DNA from: an uncultured Oscillospiraceae bacterium
GTDB taxonomy: Bacteria; Bacillota; Clostridia; Oscillospirales; Oscillospiraceae
Length of the DNA stretch: 64,000 nucleotides
Direction of reading: 5' to 3'
Assembly: GCA_934615645.1 (NCBI GenBank)
Contig: CAKTTR010000001.1
Coordinates: forward strand, 15,475-79,474
Shown here: in pieces, positions 37,810 to 48,983 of the stretch
Layout: every line of letters starts with the position of its first letter
Numbering within the stretch: the stretch's first letter is position 1
Made by a program: the position numbers and the translations under genes
Notes under the pieces: generated by a model
The model's database searches: none
The model's input: only the letters and a program-made list of their open reading frames with translations
Told to the model about the DNA's origin: nothing

Positions 37810-38559
37810 ATGACACTGCAGGAATATTTTAACGCAAATCCAAAGGGCGCGCTGGCCCTGTCCGGCGGGGTGGATTCGGCGTATCTGCTCCACTGCGCCC
37901 AGGCGGCGGGGGCGCAGGTGCAGCCCTATTTTGTCGCGACCCAGTTTCAGCCGGCCTTTGAGCGGCGGGACGCGGCGCAGCTGTGCTTCGGCCTGGGGCT
38001 GCCGCTGAAGGTTTTGGCGCTGGATGTTCTGGCGGATGCCCAGGTGCGGCGCAATCCGCCGGACCGCTGCTATTACTGCAAGCGGAACATATTCTCTGCC
38101 ATTGCCGCCGCCGCGGCGCAGGACGGCTACCGCCTGCTCTGGGATGGGACGAATGCCTCGGACGACGGGGCGGACCGCCCTGGGATGCGGGCGCTGCAGG
38201 AGCTGCAGGTCCAGTCGCCGCTGCGGCTGTGCGGGCTGACAAAGGCGCAGATCCGCGCTGGGGCAAAGGCGGCGGGCCTGCCGGTCTGGGACAAGCCAGC
38301 CTATGCCTGCCTGGCCACCCGGGTCCAGCCCGGCACGACGATCACGGCGGCGAACCTTGCGCGGATCGAGCGGGCGGAGCAGGCGCTGTTTTGCCTGGGC
38401 TTTCGGGATTTTCGCGTCCGCCAGCGGGGAGATACGGCGCTGCTGCAGCTGCCGCAGGCGCAGCTGCCCCGGGCGCTGGCGCAGCGCAGGGAGATCCTGC
38501 AGGCGCTGCGTGCGGAGTTTTCGGCGGCAGTCCTGGATCTGGAGGCGAGAGACGAATGA
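37810..38559 (+). CDS. larE: ATP-dependent sulfur transferase LarE (PP-loop ATP pyrophosphatase)
   Basis: LALSGGVDSAYL PP-loop, DRCYYCK CxxC pair and PAYACLATR cysteine. ATG 37810 preferred over GTG 37798. Confidence 0.85.
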   Translation: MTLQEYFNANPKGALALSGGVDSAYLLHCAQAAGAQVQPYFVATQFQPAFERRDAAQLCFGLGLPLKVLALDVLADAQVRRNPPDRCYYCKRNIFSAIAAAAAQDGYRLLWDGTNASDDGADRPGMRALQELQVQSPLRLCGLTKAQIRAGAKAAGLPVWDKPAYACLATRVQPGTTITAANLARIERAEQALFCLGFRDFRVRQRGDTALLQLPQAQLPRALAQRREILQALRAEFSAAVLDLEARDE

Positions 38560-39314
38560 ATGAAAAAGCATTGGCAGCGCTGCTGACGCAGGTGCAGCGG
38601 GGCGAGATCTCGCCGCAGGACGCGGCGCTGCAGCTGAAAATGGCCCCGTTTGAGGACCTGGGCTTTGCGAAGATCGACTGCCACCGGGGCCTGCGCCAGG
38701 GCGCGGCAGAGGTCATCTACGGCGCGGGGAAGACGCCGGAGCAGATCGCGCGCATCGCCGCCGCCCTCCGGGACGGGGGGCAGGAGACGGTGCTCATCAC
38801 GCGGATGAGCCAGGAAGCGGCAGATCATGTGGCGGCGCAGCTGCCGCTTACGTACCATGCCGCGGGCCGGGTCGGGGTGATCGGCCCGGTGCCGGAGCCG
38901 GATGGGCTGGGGACGGTCGTCGTCGCCACCGGCGGCACCAGTGATATCCCGGTCGCCGAGGAGGCGGCGCTGACCGCTGAGGTCTTGGGCAGCCGCGTGC
39001 TGCGGCTGTATGATGTCGGCGTGGCCGGGGTCCACCGGCTGCTGGCGCATTTAGAGGATCTGATGCAGGCCAGTGTTGTTATCGCCATCGCTGGAATGGA
39101 GGGCGCGCTGGCCAGTGTGATCGGCGGTCTGGTGGACTGCCCGGTCATCGCCGTGCCCACAAGCGTGGGCTATGGTGCGGCCTTCGGCGGGCTGGCGGCG
39201 CTGCTGTCGATGCTCAATTCCTGCGCCAGCGGTGTCAGCGTCGTGAATATCGACAATGGTTTTGGCGCGGGCTTTTTGGCGGACCGGATCAATCATATGG
39301 GGGTGCGGCCATGA
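38556..39314 (+). CDS. larB: nickel-pincer cofactor biosynthesis protein LarB (NaAD carboxylase/hydrolase, PurE-like)
   Basis: N-terminal FEDLGFAKIDCHR, PurE-like core GGTSDIPVAEEA, IAGMEGALASVIGGL, VIAVPTSVGYG; ATGA overlap with larE. Confidence 0.88.
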   Translation: MNEKALAALLTQVQRGEISPQDAALQLKMAPFEDLGFAKIDCHRGLRQGAAEVIYGAGKTPEQIARIAAALRDGGQETVLITRMSQEAADHVAAQLPLTYHAAGRVGVIGPVPEPDGLGTVVVATGGTSDIPVAEEAALTAEVLGSRVLRLYDVGVAGVHRLLAHLEDLMQASVVIAIAGMEGALASVIGGLVDCPVIAVPTSVGYGAAFGGLAALLSMLNSCASGVSVVNIDNGFGAGFLADRINHMGVRP

Positions 39315-39787
39315 ATGCGTATTATGCCCGGCCCGGCACGCCGGAGACAGAAACAATCTGCGAGCTTGCCTGCAATCTTGACGATATGACGCCGGAGGAG
39401 ATTGGCTTTGCATCGGCGCAGTTGCTGGATGCCGGGGCACTGGACTGCTATACCATCGCCATCGGTATGAAAAAGAACCGCCCCGGCGTGATGCTCTGCT
39501 GCCTCTGCCGGGAGGGAGAGGAGGACAGCTTTGCTGCCCTGCTGTTTGCCCACACGACGACCCTCGGTGTGCGGGTGCAGCCGGTGCAGCGGCGGGTGCT
39601 GCCCCGCAGAGCGGCGACGGTGCAGACGCCGCTGGGCCCTGTCCGCTGCAAGTGGGCAGGCGGGCGTTGCAAGGCGGAGTATGACGACCTGGTGCGCATC
39701 GCCCAGCAGACTGGGCGGAGCCTGCACGAGGTCCGGCAGGAGATCGCTGCCAGCCTGGCGGCTGCCGGAGAAGAGGAGACACGATGA
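39311..39787 (+). CDS. larC: LarC C-terminal (CTP-binding, LarC2-like) domain as a separate gene
   Basis: ICELACNLDDMTPEEIGF..AGALDCYTIAIGMKKNRPGVML..TTTLGVRV..TPLGPVRCK is colinear with the C-terminal third of DUF111/LarC; ATGA overlaps on both sides. Confidence 0.8.
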   Translation: MNAYYARPGTPETETICELACNLDDMTPEEIGFASAQLLDAGALDCYTIAIGMKKNRPGVMLCCLCREGEEDSFAALLFAHTTTLGVRVQPVQRRVLPRRAATVQTPLGPVRCKWAGGRCKAEYDDLVRIAQQTGRSLHEVRQEIAASLAAAGEEETR

Positions 39788-40584
39788 GGACGGGGAAAAC
39801 ACTCTATTTTGACTGCGCCATGGGCGCAGCGGGGGATATGCTGCTGGGGGCGCTGTTTGCGCTGGCCCCGGCGCAGGATGCGTTTTTGCAGGCGTTTGCC
39901 GCCCTGGAGCTGCCGGGGGTCGCGCTCACGGTCCAGCCGGTCACGCAGGGAGAGACCCGCGGTGTACAGATGGAGCTGACAGTTGGCGGCGTGACCGAGT
40001 CGGCGGCGCAGCTGCCTGGCGCTGCGCTGCAGCACCAGCACGGTCATCACCACCATCACCACGACCATCGGAGCCTACCGGATGTGGAAGCGATTCTGGC
40101 GGGGCTGCCGGTCTCTGCTTGGGTGGCGGAGCAGGCCCGGGCGGTCTATGGCCGCATTGCGGCGGCGGAGGCCGCGGCCCATGGGGTGCCGGTGCGGCAG
40201 GTACATTTTCACGAGGTCGGCGCGCTGGACGCCATAGGAGACGTCGTCGGCTGCTGTATGCTGCTGGAGCAGCTGGCCCCGGCGTATATCTGTGCCTCGC
40301 CCGTCAGCACGGGCCGGGGGACGGTGCGCTGCGCCCATGGCGAGCTGCCGGTTCCGGCGCCGGCCACTGCATTTCTGCTGCAGGGGATCCCGACGCAGCC
40401 TGGCCCGGCGGCGGTCACCGGGGAGCTGTGTACGCCGACCGGCGCGGCGCTGCTGGCCCAGTTTACCGCGTCCTTCGGGCCCCGGCCTGCCTTGGCGGAG
40501 GCTGCTTGCGGCTGCGGCTTTGGCACGAAGCGATTCCCCCTGCCCAACTGTGTACGGGCCTGGCTGGGGCACGCGCCACGTTAG
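39784..40584 (+). CDS. larC: LarC N-terminal (nickel-binding, LarC1-like) domain as a separate gene
   Basis: LYFDCAMGAAGDMLLGAL N-terminus, His-rich HQHGHHHHHHDH tract, HFHEVGALDAIGDVVG, LCTPTGAALL. Matches the first two thirds of LarC. Confidence 0.82.
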   Translation: MRTGKTLYFDCAMGAAGDMLLGALFALAPAQDAFLQAFAALELPGVALTVQPVTQGETRGVQMELTVGGVTESAAQLPGAALQHQHGHHHHHHDHRSLPDVEAILAGLPVSAWVAEQARAVYGRIAAAEAAAHGVPVRQVHFHEVGALDAIGDVVGCCMLLEQLAPAYICASPVSTGRGTVRCAHGELPVPAPATAFLLQGIPTQPGPAAVTGELCTPTGAALLAQFTASFGPRPALAEAACGCGFGTKRFPLPNCVRAWLGHAPR

Positions 40585-40594
40585 AGGAAGAGGA

Positions 40595-40649
40595 CACAAA
40601 GAGACCGAGCTTGCGCAGCTATGAACCGCGTAGGCTCGGTCCCTTTGTG
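40595..40649. terminator. long hairpin between convergent genes (no U-tract)
   Basis: CACAAAGAGACCGAGC / GCTCGGTCCCTTTGTG, 15 of 16 bp, 23-nt loop. Confidence 0.4.
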
Positions 40650-40651
40650 CA

Positions 40652-41161
40652 TCAGCGGCTGGTAGTGTCAGGGGGGTCTGCGATATTCAAGACAGTAAGC
40701 CCAGCCCGTTTTGCACAGGCGACCGTGTATGCGGTGCCGCCGGTGCGGGAAGTCAGATAACACAGGCAGCAGCTGCTGTGGGCGACGAGGTGGCGGTTTC
40801 GCTTTTGCATACAGCCGGGCTCATAACACTGGGCTGTGTAGACCAGCTTATCGGCTTGCCGCTTGATCCAGAGATAGATAAATTTATCCCGGAGCGGCCA
40901 GCCCCTGGCCTGGTCCCGGCAGGGCAGGACGAGAATCAGATGGATTGCCGGATAGGACGCTCGCAGTCGGAGAATGCACTGCGCCGCTAGCGTATCAAAG
41001 CCCCGGGCGCCGCCAATGCCAAAGTAGCGATACCCTTGATCGATGCGCTGTCGCAGCGCTGCATCCAGACGGTCCGCAATCTGCGCTGCCTCGTCTGGCG
41101 GCAGCGTCCGGTGCCCGGTCAGGCAGCAGGTTTTGCTTCGTAATTCCTCCAATCGGATCAC
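40652..41161 (-). CDS. DUF1273-family (SLOG-fold, YoqJ/YspA-like) protein
   Basis: CCLTGHRTLP, YFGIGGARGFDTLAAQ, ILVLPC motifs typical of DUF1273. Confidence 0.7.
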   Translation of the reverse strand: MIRLEELRSKTCCLTGHRTLPPDEAAQIADRLDAALRQRIDQGYRYFGIGGARGFDTLAAQCILRLRASYPAIHLILVLPCRDQARGWPLRDKFIYLWIKRQADKLVYTAQCYEPGCMQKRNRHLVAHSSCCLCYLTSRTGGTAYTVACAKRAGLTVLNIADPPDTTSR

Positions 41162-41170
41162 TCCTTAAAA

Positions 41171-41273
41171 TACTATAAGCATTAAAAAATCTAAAACTAT
41201 ACTTATAGTATATATTCTATCTGAAATAATATCAATAGTCTATTTATTTGATTTTCTGATATTTATAGACTGT
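41171..41273. promoter_or_regulatory. AT-rich divergent control region with two inverted repeats
   Basis: TACTATAAG (41171-41179) / CTTATAGTA (41202-41210) and ATAGTCTAT (41235-41243) / ATAGACTGT (41265-41273), in a very AT-rich 140-bp gap between the DUF1273 and XRE genes. Confidence 0.45.
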
Positions 41274-41302
41274 ATTAGGAGACAGATAGGAGGAGAAACC
41301 CA

Positions 41303-41647
41303 ATGAGCGAAATCACGAAATGGGTCGGGCAAAGAATTCGGAACTATCGCGTGCGCAGCAAGCTCAGCCAGGAGCAATTGGCCGAACGCTCCGGCTGCCA
41401 TCCGACTTACATCGGTCAGGTGGAGCGGGGCGAAAAGAACGCAACGCTGGATAGCATCGCTAAGATCGCCGCAGCCCTGGACGTACCCCTATCCCAGCTG
41501 TTTGAAAAGCTGGAAGATGTCAGGCCGCAGCAGGAGGGAGAAAATATCCCGCTGGCGTGTTACGAAATTCTTTCCTCAAAATCCAAAATGGAGCAGGTAC
41601 AGCTGTTCCGAGTCCTGTTGGCAGTCGAAGAATACAAAAGGATGTGA
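41303..41647 (+). CDS. XRE-family helix-turn-helix transcriptional regulator
   Basis: LSQEQLAERSGCHPTYIGQVERGEKNATLDSIAKIAAAL HTH_3 signature; AGGAGGAG RBS. Confidence 0.88.
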   Translation: MSEITKWVGQRIRNYRVRSKLSQEQLAERSGCHPTYIGQVERGEKNATLDSIAKIAAALDVPLSQLFEKLEDVRPQQEGENIPLACYEILSSKSKMEQVQLFRVLLAVEEYKRM

Positions 41648-41686
41648 AAAAGCGCCGGGGCGTGCCCCAGCGCATTTTCTGTTTTT
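41648..41686. terminator. bidirectional terminator (XRE / M23 genes)
   Basis: GCGCCGGGGC / GCCCCAGCGC stem flanked by AAAAA and TTTTCTGTTTTT. Confidence 0.8.
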
Positions 41687-41692
41687 GGCATG

Positions 41693-42331
41693 TTATTCTG
41701 CAAAGCAGGTCTCCGGGTTGAGCTGTGCTGCACCCTGGGAGACTTCAAAGTGCAGGTGCGGCTCGCTGGCAAGCTCCAGCTTCGCCGTCGCACCGACGGC
41801 ACCGATCTGGCTGCCCGCCTGGACCTGGTCGCCGACGGCCACAGGAATTTCCGCGGCCAGATTGCAATAGCGGGTGGTGTAGCCGCCGTCGTGGGTGAGC
41901 TCTACCGTCCAGCCCAGGAAATCGTCCTCCGCCACAGCGCTGACGGTCCCGTCTGCGGCGGCGCAGACAGCGTCGCCGACGCTGGCGGTCAGGTCAACGC
42001 CCGGATGGACCCGCCAGTCTTTCGTTGTGGCGTTATAGGCCAGGCGGTCCGTGGCAAAGCTCTGGACGACGGCGCCGTCCACCGGTTTTTCCAGCTTGGG
42101 CGGCGCAGTGTCCGGCGACGGAGACGCCGCATCTTTGCCGGTCTCCTCCTGCGCCGGGGTATCCGGCGTTTGCAGGGCGGCGGTGGGCGCGGCGTCGGCG
42201 TCCGGCGCAGCGCTTTGGTTGAAATAAAGATAGCCCGAGATCCCGACTGCTGCGATGCAGAGGACAAGGACTATGTAGTAGCCCTTATCCCGCATCCAGC
42301 CTTTGAAGCCGGTGTGTTTGTTGTTTTGCAT
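41693..42331 (-). CDS. membrane-anchored M23 (LytM) metallopeptidase, SpoIIQ-like architecture
   Basis: N-terminal TM (YYIVLVLCIAAVGISGYLYF), Pro/Ala-rich linker, LytM domain with HPGVD and HLHFEV metal motifs intact. Confidence 0.82.
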   Translation of the reverse strand: MQNNKHTGFKGWMRDKGYYIVLVLCIAAVGISGYLYFNQSAAPDADAAPTAALQTPDTPAQEETGKDAASPSPDTAPPKLEKPVDGAVVQSFATDRLAYNATTKDWRVHPGVDLTASVGDAVCAAADGTVSAVAEDDFLGWTVELTHDGGYTTRYCNLAAEIPVAVGDQVQAGSQIGAVGATAKLELASEPHLHFEVSQGAAQLNPETCFAE

Positions 42332-42404
42332 GTCTTATGCACCTCCGCCCATAGTATGGGCGGATTTTTTGGGCTCTAAACGGCAAGACAGGAATTTTTT
42401 TACA

Positions 42405-42446
42405 GAAAAAAGCGGCGTGCCCTGCATGATTTACAGGGCACGCCGT
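42405..42446 (-). terminator. purA-purB operon terminator
   Basis: GGCGTGCCCTG / CAGGGCACGCC hairpin on the - strand followed by GCTTTTTT. Confidence 0.8.
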
Positions 42447-42466
42447 GTTGAAAGTGTTAGAGAATG

Positions 42467-45186
<2,720 letters not shown>

Positions 45187-45397
45187 TCATGGAAATCTAA
45201 AAAGATCGGATGCACAGACCATACAGTATTAGAATACTCCAATTTTTGATATAAGTAAAACAGAAAAAAGTTATATTTGCGATTATAATTACTAATACAT
45301 TTGCGGCATAGAAAAATCGCCTGCTCTTTCTGCTATTTTAAGCCCCGGCGCGCCGGTTTGTCAACGTTTATTCGCTGGGAAAGTCATACTTTTCCGC

Positions 45398-45426
45398 TTT
45401 ACAAACCGGTCGAAACTTGGTATAAT
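45398..45426 (+). promoter_or_regulatory. promoter of the SLH/DUF4430 gene pair
   Basis: TTTACA 45398-45403, 17 nt, TGgTATAAT (TATAAT 45421-45426); followed by a GGATGCGG/CCGCATCC leader hairpin. Confidence 0.6.
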
Positions 45427-45510
45427 CCAGGTATCCGAAACAGGCGAGAATGCCGGGGATGCGGGCGTTTTCCGCATCCGGCGGAAAAATTTGAACCGGA
45501 GGAAATAATC

Positions 45511-47679
45511 ATGAAGAAAAGATTTCTGGCGTTGGTGCTGGTACTGGCACTGTGCGCGGGCCTGCTGGTCATGCCAGTCAGTGCGGCAGAGCCGGAGGCG
45601 GTGGCCTATTTGACCATCAGCGTCGCGGGCGAGCTGCAGCTCACGCGCTACCCGGTCCCGCTGACGGACGAAAATGAGAACGGCAAATTGGATATTGACG
45701 ACGTGCTGCAGGTCGGCCATGCGCTTTACGGCGAGGGCATCTACAGCTATGCTTCGGCCAAGGGTGACTACGGCCTGAGCATCACAAAGCTTTGGAACGA
45801 TACCAGCGGCGCGTTCGGCTACTGTGTGAATACCACCGTTCCGATGAGCCTCGAAGAGGAAGTCAAGGCGGGCGACGATGTCTACGCCTATGTCTACCAG
45901 GATAAGACGGGCTATACCGATGCATTTTCTTATTTCAATGAACGGCATATCTCGGTCACAGCCGGTGATACCGTTACGCTGACGCTCTCTAAGCTTGGCT
46001 ACGGTGAAAACTGGGAGACGATCAGCACGCCCATCACCAACGCGGCGATCACCATCGACGGCGAAGAGACGGACTATGTGACGGATGAAAACGGCAAGGT
46101 CACGATGAAGCTCAACGCGCCTGGCCTGTATGTGATCTCCGCCAACGCGACAGGGACGATTCTGGTGCCGCCGGTCACGACGGCCCGGGTCAAGGCAACC
46201 TGGACGAAGGACTGGCGCAACAGTGCAATGACCGCGCTGCAGGGCACGGCAGCCATCAGCCTGGCCAAGCAGGGCGAGGATATCAGTGCTTGGGATATCA
46301 TTGGCCTGTACGGCGCGGGCGTTCCGGTGCCGGAGGCATATCTTGCGGATTATCTGGAAGGGCTCTACGATGCTCTGGTCAGCAGCAATGGCCAGCTCTC
46401 GGCCAGCCAGTACACGGCCTACTCCCGCAGCATTCTGGCGCTGGCGGCCGTTGGCGAGGACCCGGCCAACTTTGCAGGCTATGATCTGCTCAAATGGCTG
46501 GAGGATTATGATAAGACCACGAAGCAGGGCGTGACCGGCGCGGCGTATGCGCTGCTGGCCCTGGACTGCGCTGGCGACACGTTCCAGAGCAGCCAGCGGG
46601 AAGCCTATGTGCAGTACATCCTGGATGCCCAGCGCAAGGACGGCGGCTGGGACCTGCGGGGCGAGAGCGCCGCGGCGGCTGACGCCGATGTGACGGCTAT
46701 CTGCCTGCAGGCACTGGCGGCCTACGCCGGGGACCCGGCGGTCCGTCCGGCAGTGAACAAGGGCATTGACTGCCTGTCTGCTCTGCAGCAGAGCGACGGC
46801 GGCTTTAAGAGCTACGGCACGGCCAACTGCGAGAGCAGCGCTATGGTGCTGCTGGCCATGTGCCAGCTGGGCATCGGCCTGGACGACGCCCGCTTTGTCA
46901 AGGGCGAAAACTCGGTGCTGGACGCCATGCTGCGCTTCCGCAATGCGGACGGCAGCTTCAGCCACGAGGCCGGGAAGGGCGCCAATACCCTGGCGACGAT
47001 GCAGGCCCAGATGGCACTGGCCTCCCTGCTGCGCTGCGCCGACGGGATGAGCGGCATTTACGATATGACCAACGGCTACGGCGAATTCCCCTTCACGGAC
47101 GTGGCCTTCAACACCTGGTATTTTGAGGCGGTTCGCTATACGAACCAGGCGGGCCTGTTGGTCGGCACAACGGAGACGACCTTTGGCCCCAATGTCCCGC
47201 TGACCCGCGGCATGCTCGTGACGATCCTGTGGAGAATGATGGGCCGTCCGGCGGCACAGCAGAATGTCACGGCGTATTATTCGGATGTCAACGCCAAGAT
47301 GTACTACGCTGAGCCCATCGCCTGGGCGACGGAGCTGGAGATTGCAGCCGGTATGGGCGGCGGCAAATTCTGCCCGGAGGAAAAAGTCACCCGGGAGCAG
47401 TTGGCGTGCTATCTTTACCGCTATCAGAAGCTGGCGCTGGGCGGGGATGTCTCCGCGTCGGAGAATCTGCAGGGCTGGAGCGATTACAGCCAGATTTCTT
47501 CCTGGAGTAAAGAAGCTTTGGCCTGGGCCACGGCAGAAGGTCTGCTGGTCGGCAGCGGCGGTAAGCTGGACCCCAAGGGCAGCGCGACCCGCGCCCAAGT
47601 GGCCAGCGTGCTGATGCGCTTTGACCGGAGCATTGGCGATGCTTGGGAGAATGAGCTTCTCGGCACCTATTTCAAATAA
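45511..47679 (+). CDS. secreted S-layer-homology protein: DUF4430-like beta domains + prenyltransferase/terpene-cyclase-like alpha/alpha toroid + 3 SLH repeats
   Basis: Signal peptide MKKRFLALVLVLALCAGLLVMPVSAAEP. Toroid repeats (QRKDGGWDL, QQSDGGFKSYG, RNADGSFSHE). C-terminal SLH motifs (FTDVAFNTWYFEAVRY.., YSDVNAKMYYAEPIAWA.., WSDYSQISSWSKEALAWA..). Start ATG 45511 behind GGAGGAAA. Confidence 0.8.
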   Translation: MKKRFLALVLVLALCAGLLVMPVSAAEPEAVAYLTISVAGELQLTRYPVPLTDENENGKLDIDDVLQVGHALYGEGIYSYASAKGDYGLSITKLWNDTSGAFGYCVNTTVPMSLEEEVKAGDDVYAYVYQDKTGYTDAFSYFNERHISVTAGDTVTLTLSKLGYGENWETISTPITNAAITIDGEETDYVTDENGKVTMKLNAPGLYVISANATGTILVPPVTTARVKATWTKDWRNSAMTALQGTAAISLAKQGEDISAWDIIGLYGAGVPVPEAYLADYLEGLYDALVSSNGQLSASQYTAYSRSILALAAVGEDPANFAGYDLLKWLEDYDKTTKQGVTGAAYALLALDCAGDTFQSSQREAYVQYILDAQRKDGGWDLRGESAAAADADVTAICLQALAAYAGDPAVRPAVNKGIDCLSALQQSDGGFKSYGTANCESSAMVLLAMCQLGIGLDDARFVKGENSVLDAMLRFRNADGSFSHEAGKGANTLATMQAQMALASLLRCADGMSGIYDMTNGYGEFPFTDVAFNTWYFEAVRYTNQAGLLVGTTETTFGPNVPLTRGMLVTILWRMMGRPAAQQNVTAYYSDVNAKMYYAEPIAWATELEIAAGMGGGKFCPEEKVTREQLACYLYRYQKLALGGDVSASENLQGWSDYSQISSWSKEALAWATAEGLLVGSGGKLDPKGSATRAQVASVLMRFDRSIGDAWENELLGTYFK

Positions 47680-47698
47680 ACAAACAGAGCGATAAAGG

Positions 47699-48433
47699 AT
47701 GATGAGACAGATGAAGCATTACAAATGGACGGCACTTTGCCTGGTGCTGCTGCTTATCCTGAGTTGCTTTCTGACTGCTTGCAGTGATACTGTAGGAAGT
47801 CCGGCAACGGAGCCGGAGAACACGCAGACCCAGCAGAAACAGGAAGCGGAGAATGATGACGGCGCCGACAAGGACGGGGAAGCAGGTACGGTGACAGGCG
47901 GCGCGTCAGATGCGGATGATGCTGCCGGCAGTGAAGACACGGCCCAGCAGCCGGCAGGTGACGATACGGCAAAGCCTGTGCAGGCAGAACCGGCTGGGAA
48001 CACCCAGCAGCCCGACGCCCAGGAGCCGCAGACGCAGACCTGTACCATCAGCATTGATTGCTCGACGATTCTGGATAATATGGATAAGCTGGAGCGGGGC
48101 AAGGAAGGGCTGATCCCGTCGGATGGTATCCTGCTTGCCAAGACGGAAGTGCAATACGAAGAGGGCGACACCGTCTTCACCATGCTCAAGCGGGAGCTGC
48201 AGAGCCGTAAAATGCACTATGATTTTGAGGGCAGCGGCTCCTCGGCGTACCTGGCAGGGCTTTGCAATATCTATGAATTCGACTGCGGAAAGCTCTCCGG
48301 CTGGGAATTTGCCGTCAACGGTTCGTTCCCCAGCGTCGGCGTCGGCGTCTATAAGCTCTCGCCCGGCGATTCCGTCGCACTAATTTATACCTGCGATTTG
48401 GGTGACGATATCGGCAACCACTACGACGGCTGA
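47699..48433 (+). CDS. lipoprotein with acidic low-complexity linker and C-terminal DUF4430 (transcobalamin-like beta) domain
   Basis: Lipobox LSCFLTAC, D/E/Q/A-rich linker, DUF4430-like core (CTISIDCSTILD..GWEFAVNGSFPSVGVGVYKLSPGDSVALIYT). Start could be ATG 47699, 47702 or 47711. Confidence 0.78.
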   Translation: MMRQMKHYKWTALCLVLLLILSCFLTACSDTVGSPATEPENTQTQQKQEAENDDGADKDGEAGTVTGGASDADDAAGSEDTAQQPAGDDTAKPVQAEPAGNTQQPDAQEPQTQTCTISIDCSTILDNMDKLERGKEGLIPSDGILLAKTEVQYEEGDTVFTMLKRELQSRKMHYDFEGSGSSAYLAGLCNIYEFDCGKLSGWEFAVNGSFPSVGVGVYKLSPGDSVALIYTCDLGDDIGNHYDG

Positions 48434-48472
48434 CCGGTGCGCACCTGACGCGAACCCCTTGCATGAAACACG

Positions 48473-48509
48473 AAAAAACCTCCGTACGGGCATCCCGTAC
48501 GGAGGTTTT
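48473..48509. terminator. bidirectional terminator (DUF4430 gene / nrdR)
   Basis: CCTCCGTACGGG / CCCGTACGGAGG perfect 12-bp stem, AAAAAA and TTTT flanks. Confidence 0.85.
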
Positions 48510-48527
48510 GCGCTTGGCAAAAATACC

Positions 48528-48983
48528 TCAGCGTTCTTCCAGAATTTTATTCAGCTCCTGCATAAAGCTGTTGATGTCCTTAAACTGCCGGTAAACGGAG
48601 GCGAAGCGGACATAGGCGACCTCGTCGAGGGGCTTCAGCCGCTCCATGACCAGCTCGCCGATCTCAGAAGAGCTGATCTCCCGCTCCAGGGAATTTTGCA
48701 TGACCTGCTCAATGTCTGTGACAGCGGCTTCCATCTCCGCCATGGAGACCGGGCGCTTTTCGCAGGCGCGGACCATGCCGTTGAGGATCTTTGTCCGGTC
48801 AAAGGATTGCCGGCTGCCGTCTTTTTTGACGACGATGATCGGCAGGCTCTCCACCGTCTCATAGGTCGTGAAGCGTTTCTGGCAGGCCAGGCATTCGCGC
48901 CTTCTGCGGATGCTGGCGCCGTCCTCGGAATGACGGGAGTCGATGACCTTGCTGTCCTGGTCGCCGCAATACGGACATTTCAT
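48528..48983 (-). CDS. nrdR: transcriptional repressor NrdR
   Basis: [17 protein letters not shown] zinc ribbon + ATP-cone. Confidence 0.96.
   Translation of the reverse strand: MKCPYCGDQDSKVIDSRHSEDGASIRRRRECLACQKRFTTYETVESLPIIVVKKDGSRQSFDRTKILNGMVRACEKRPVSMAEMEAAVTDIEQVMQNSLEREISSSEIGELVMERLKPLDEVAYVRFASVYRQFKDINSFMQELNKILEER

Noticed and set aside
45250-45510. Cobalamin riboswitch upstream of the SLH/DUF4430 pair
   Set aside because: There is no B12-box-like core (GCCACTG context) and no GGGAA..GGTG..AATCC blocks. I see only a promoter and a simple leader hairpin.
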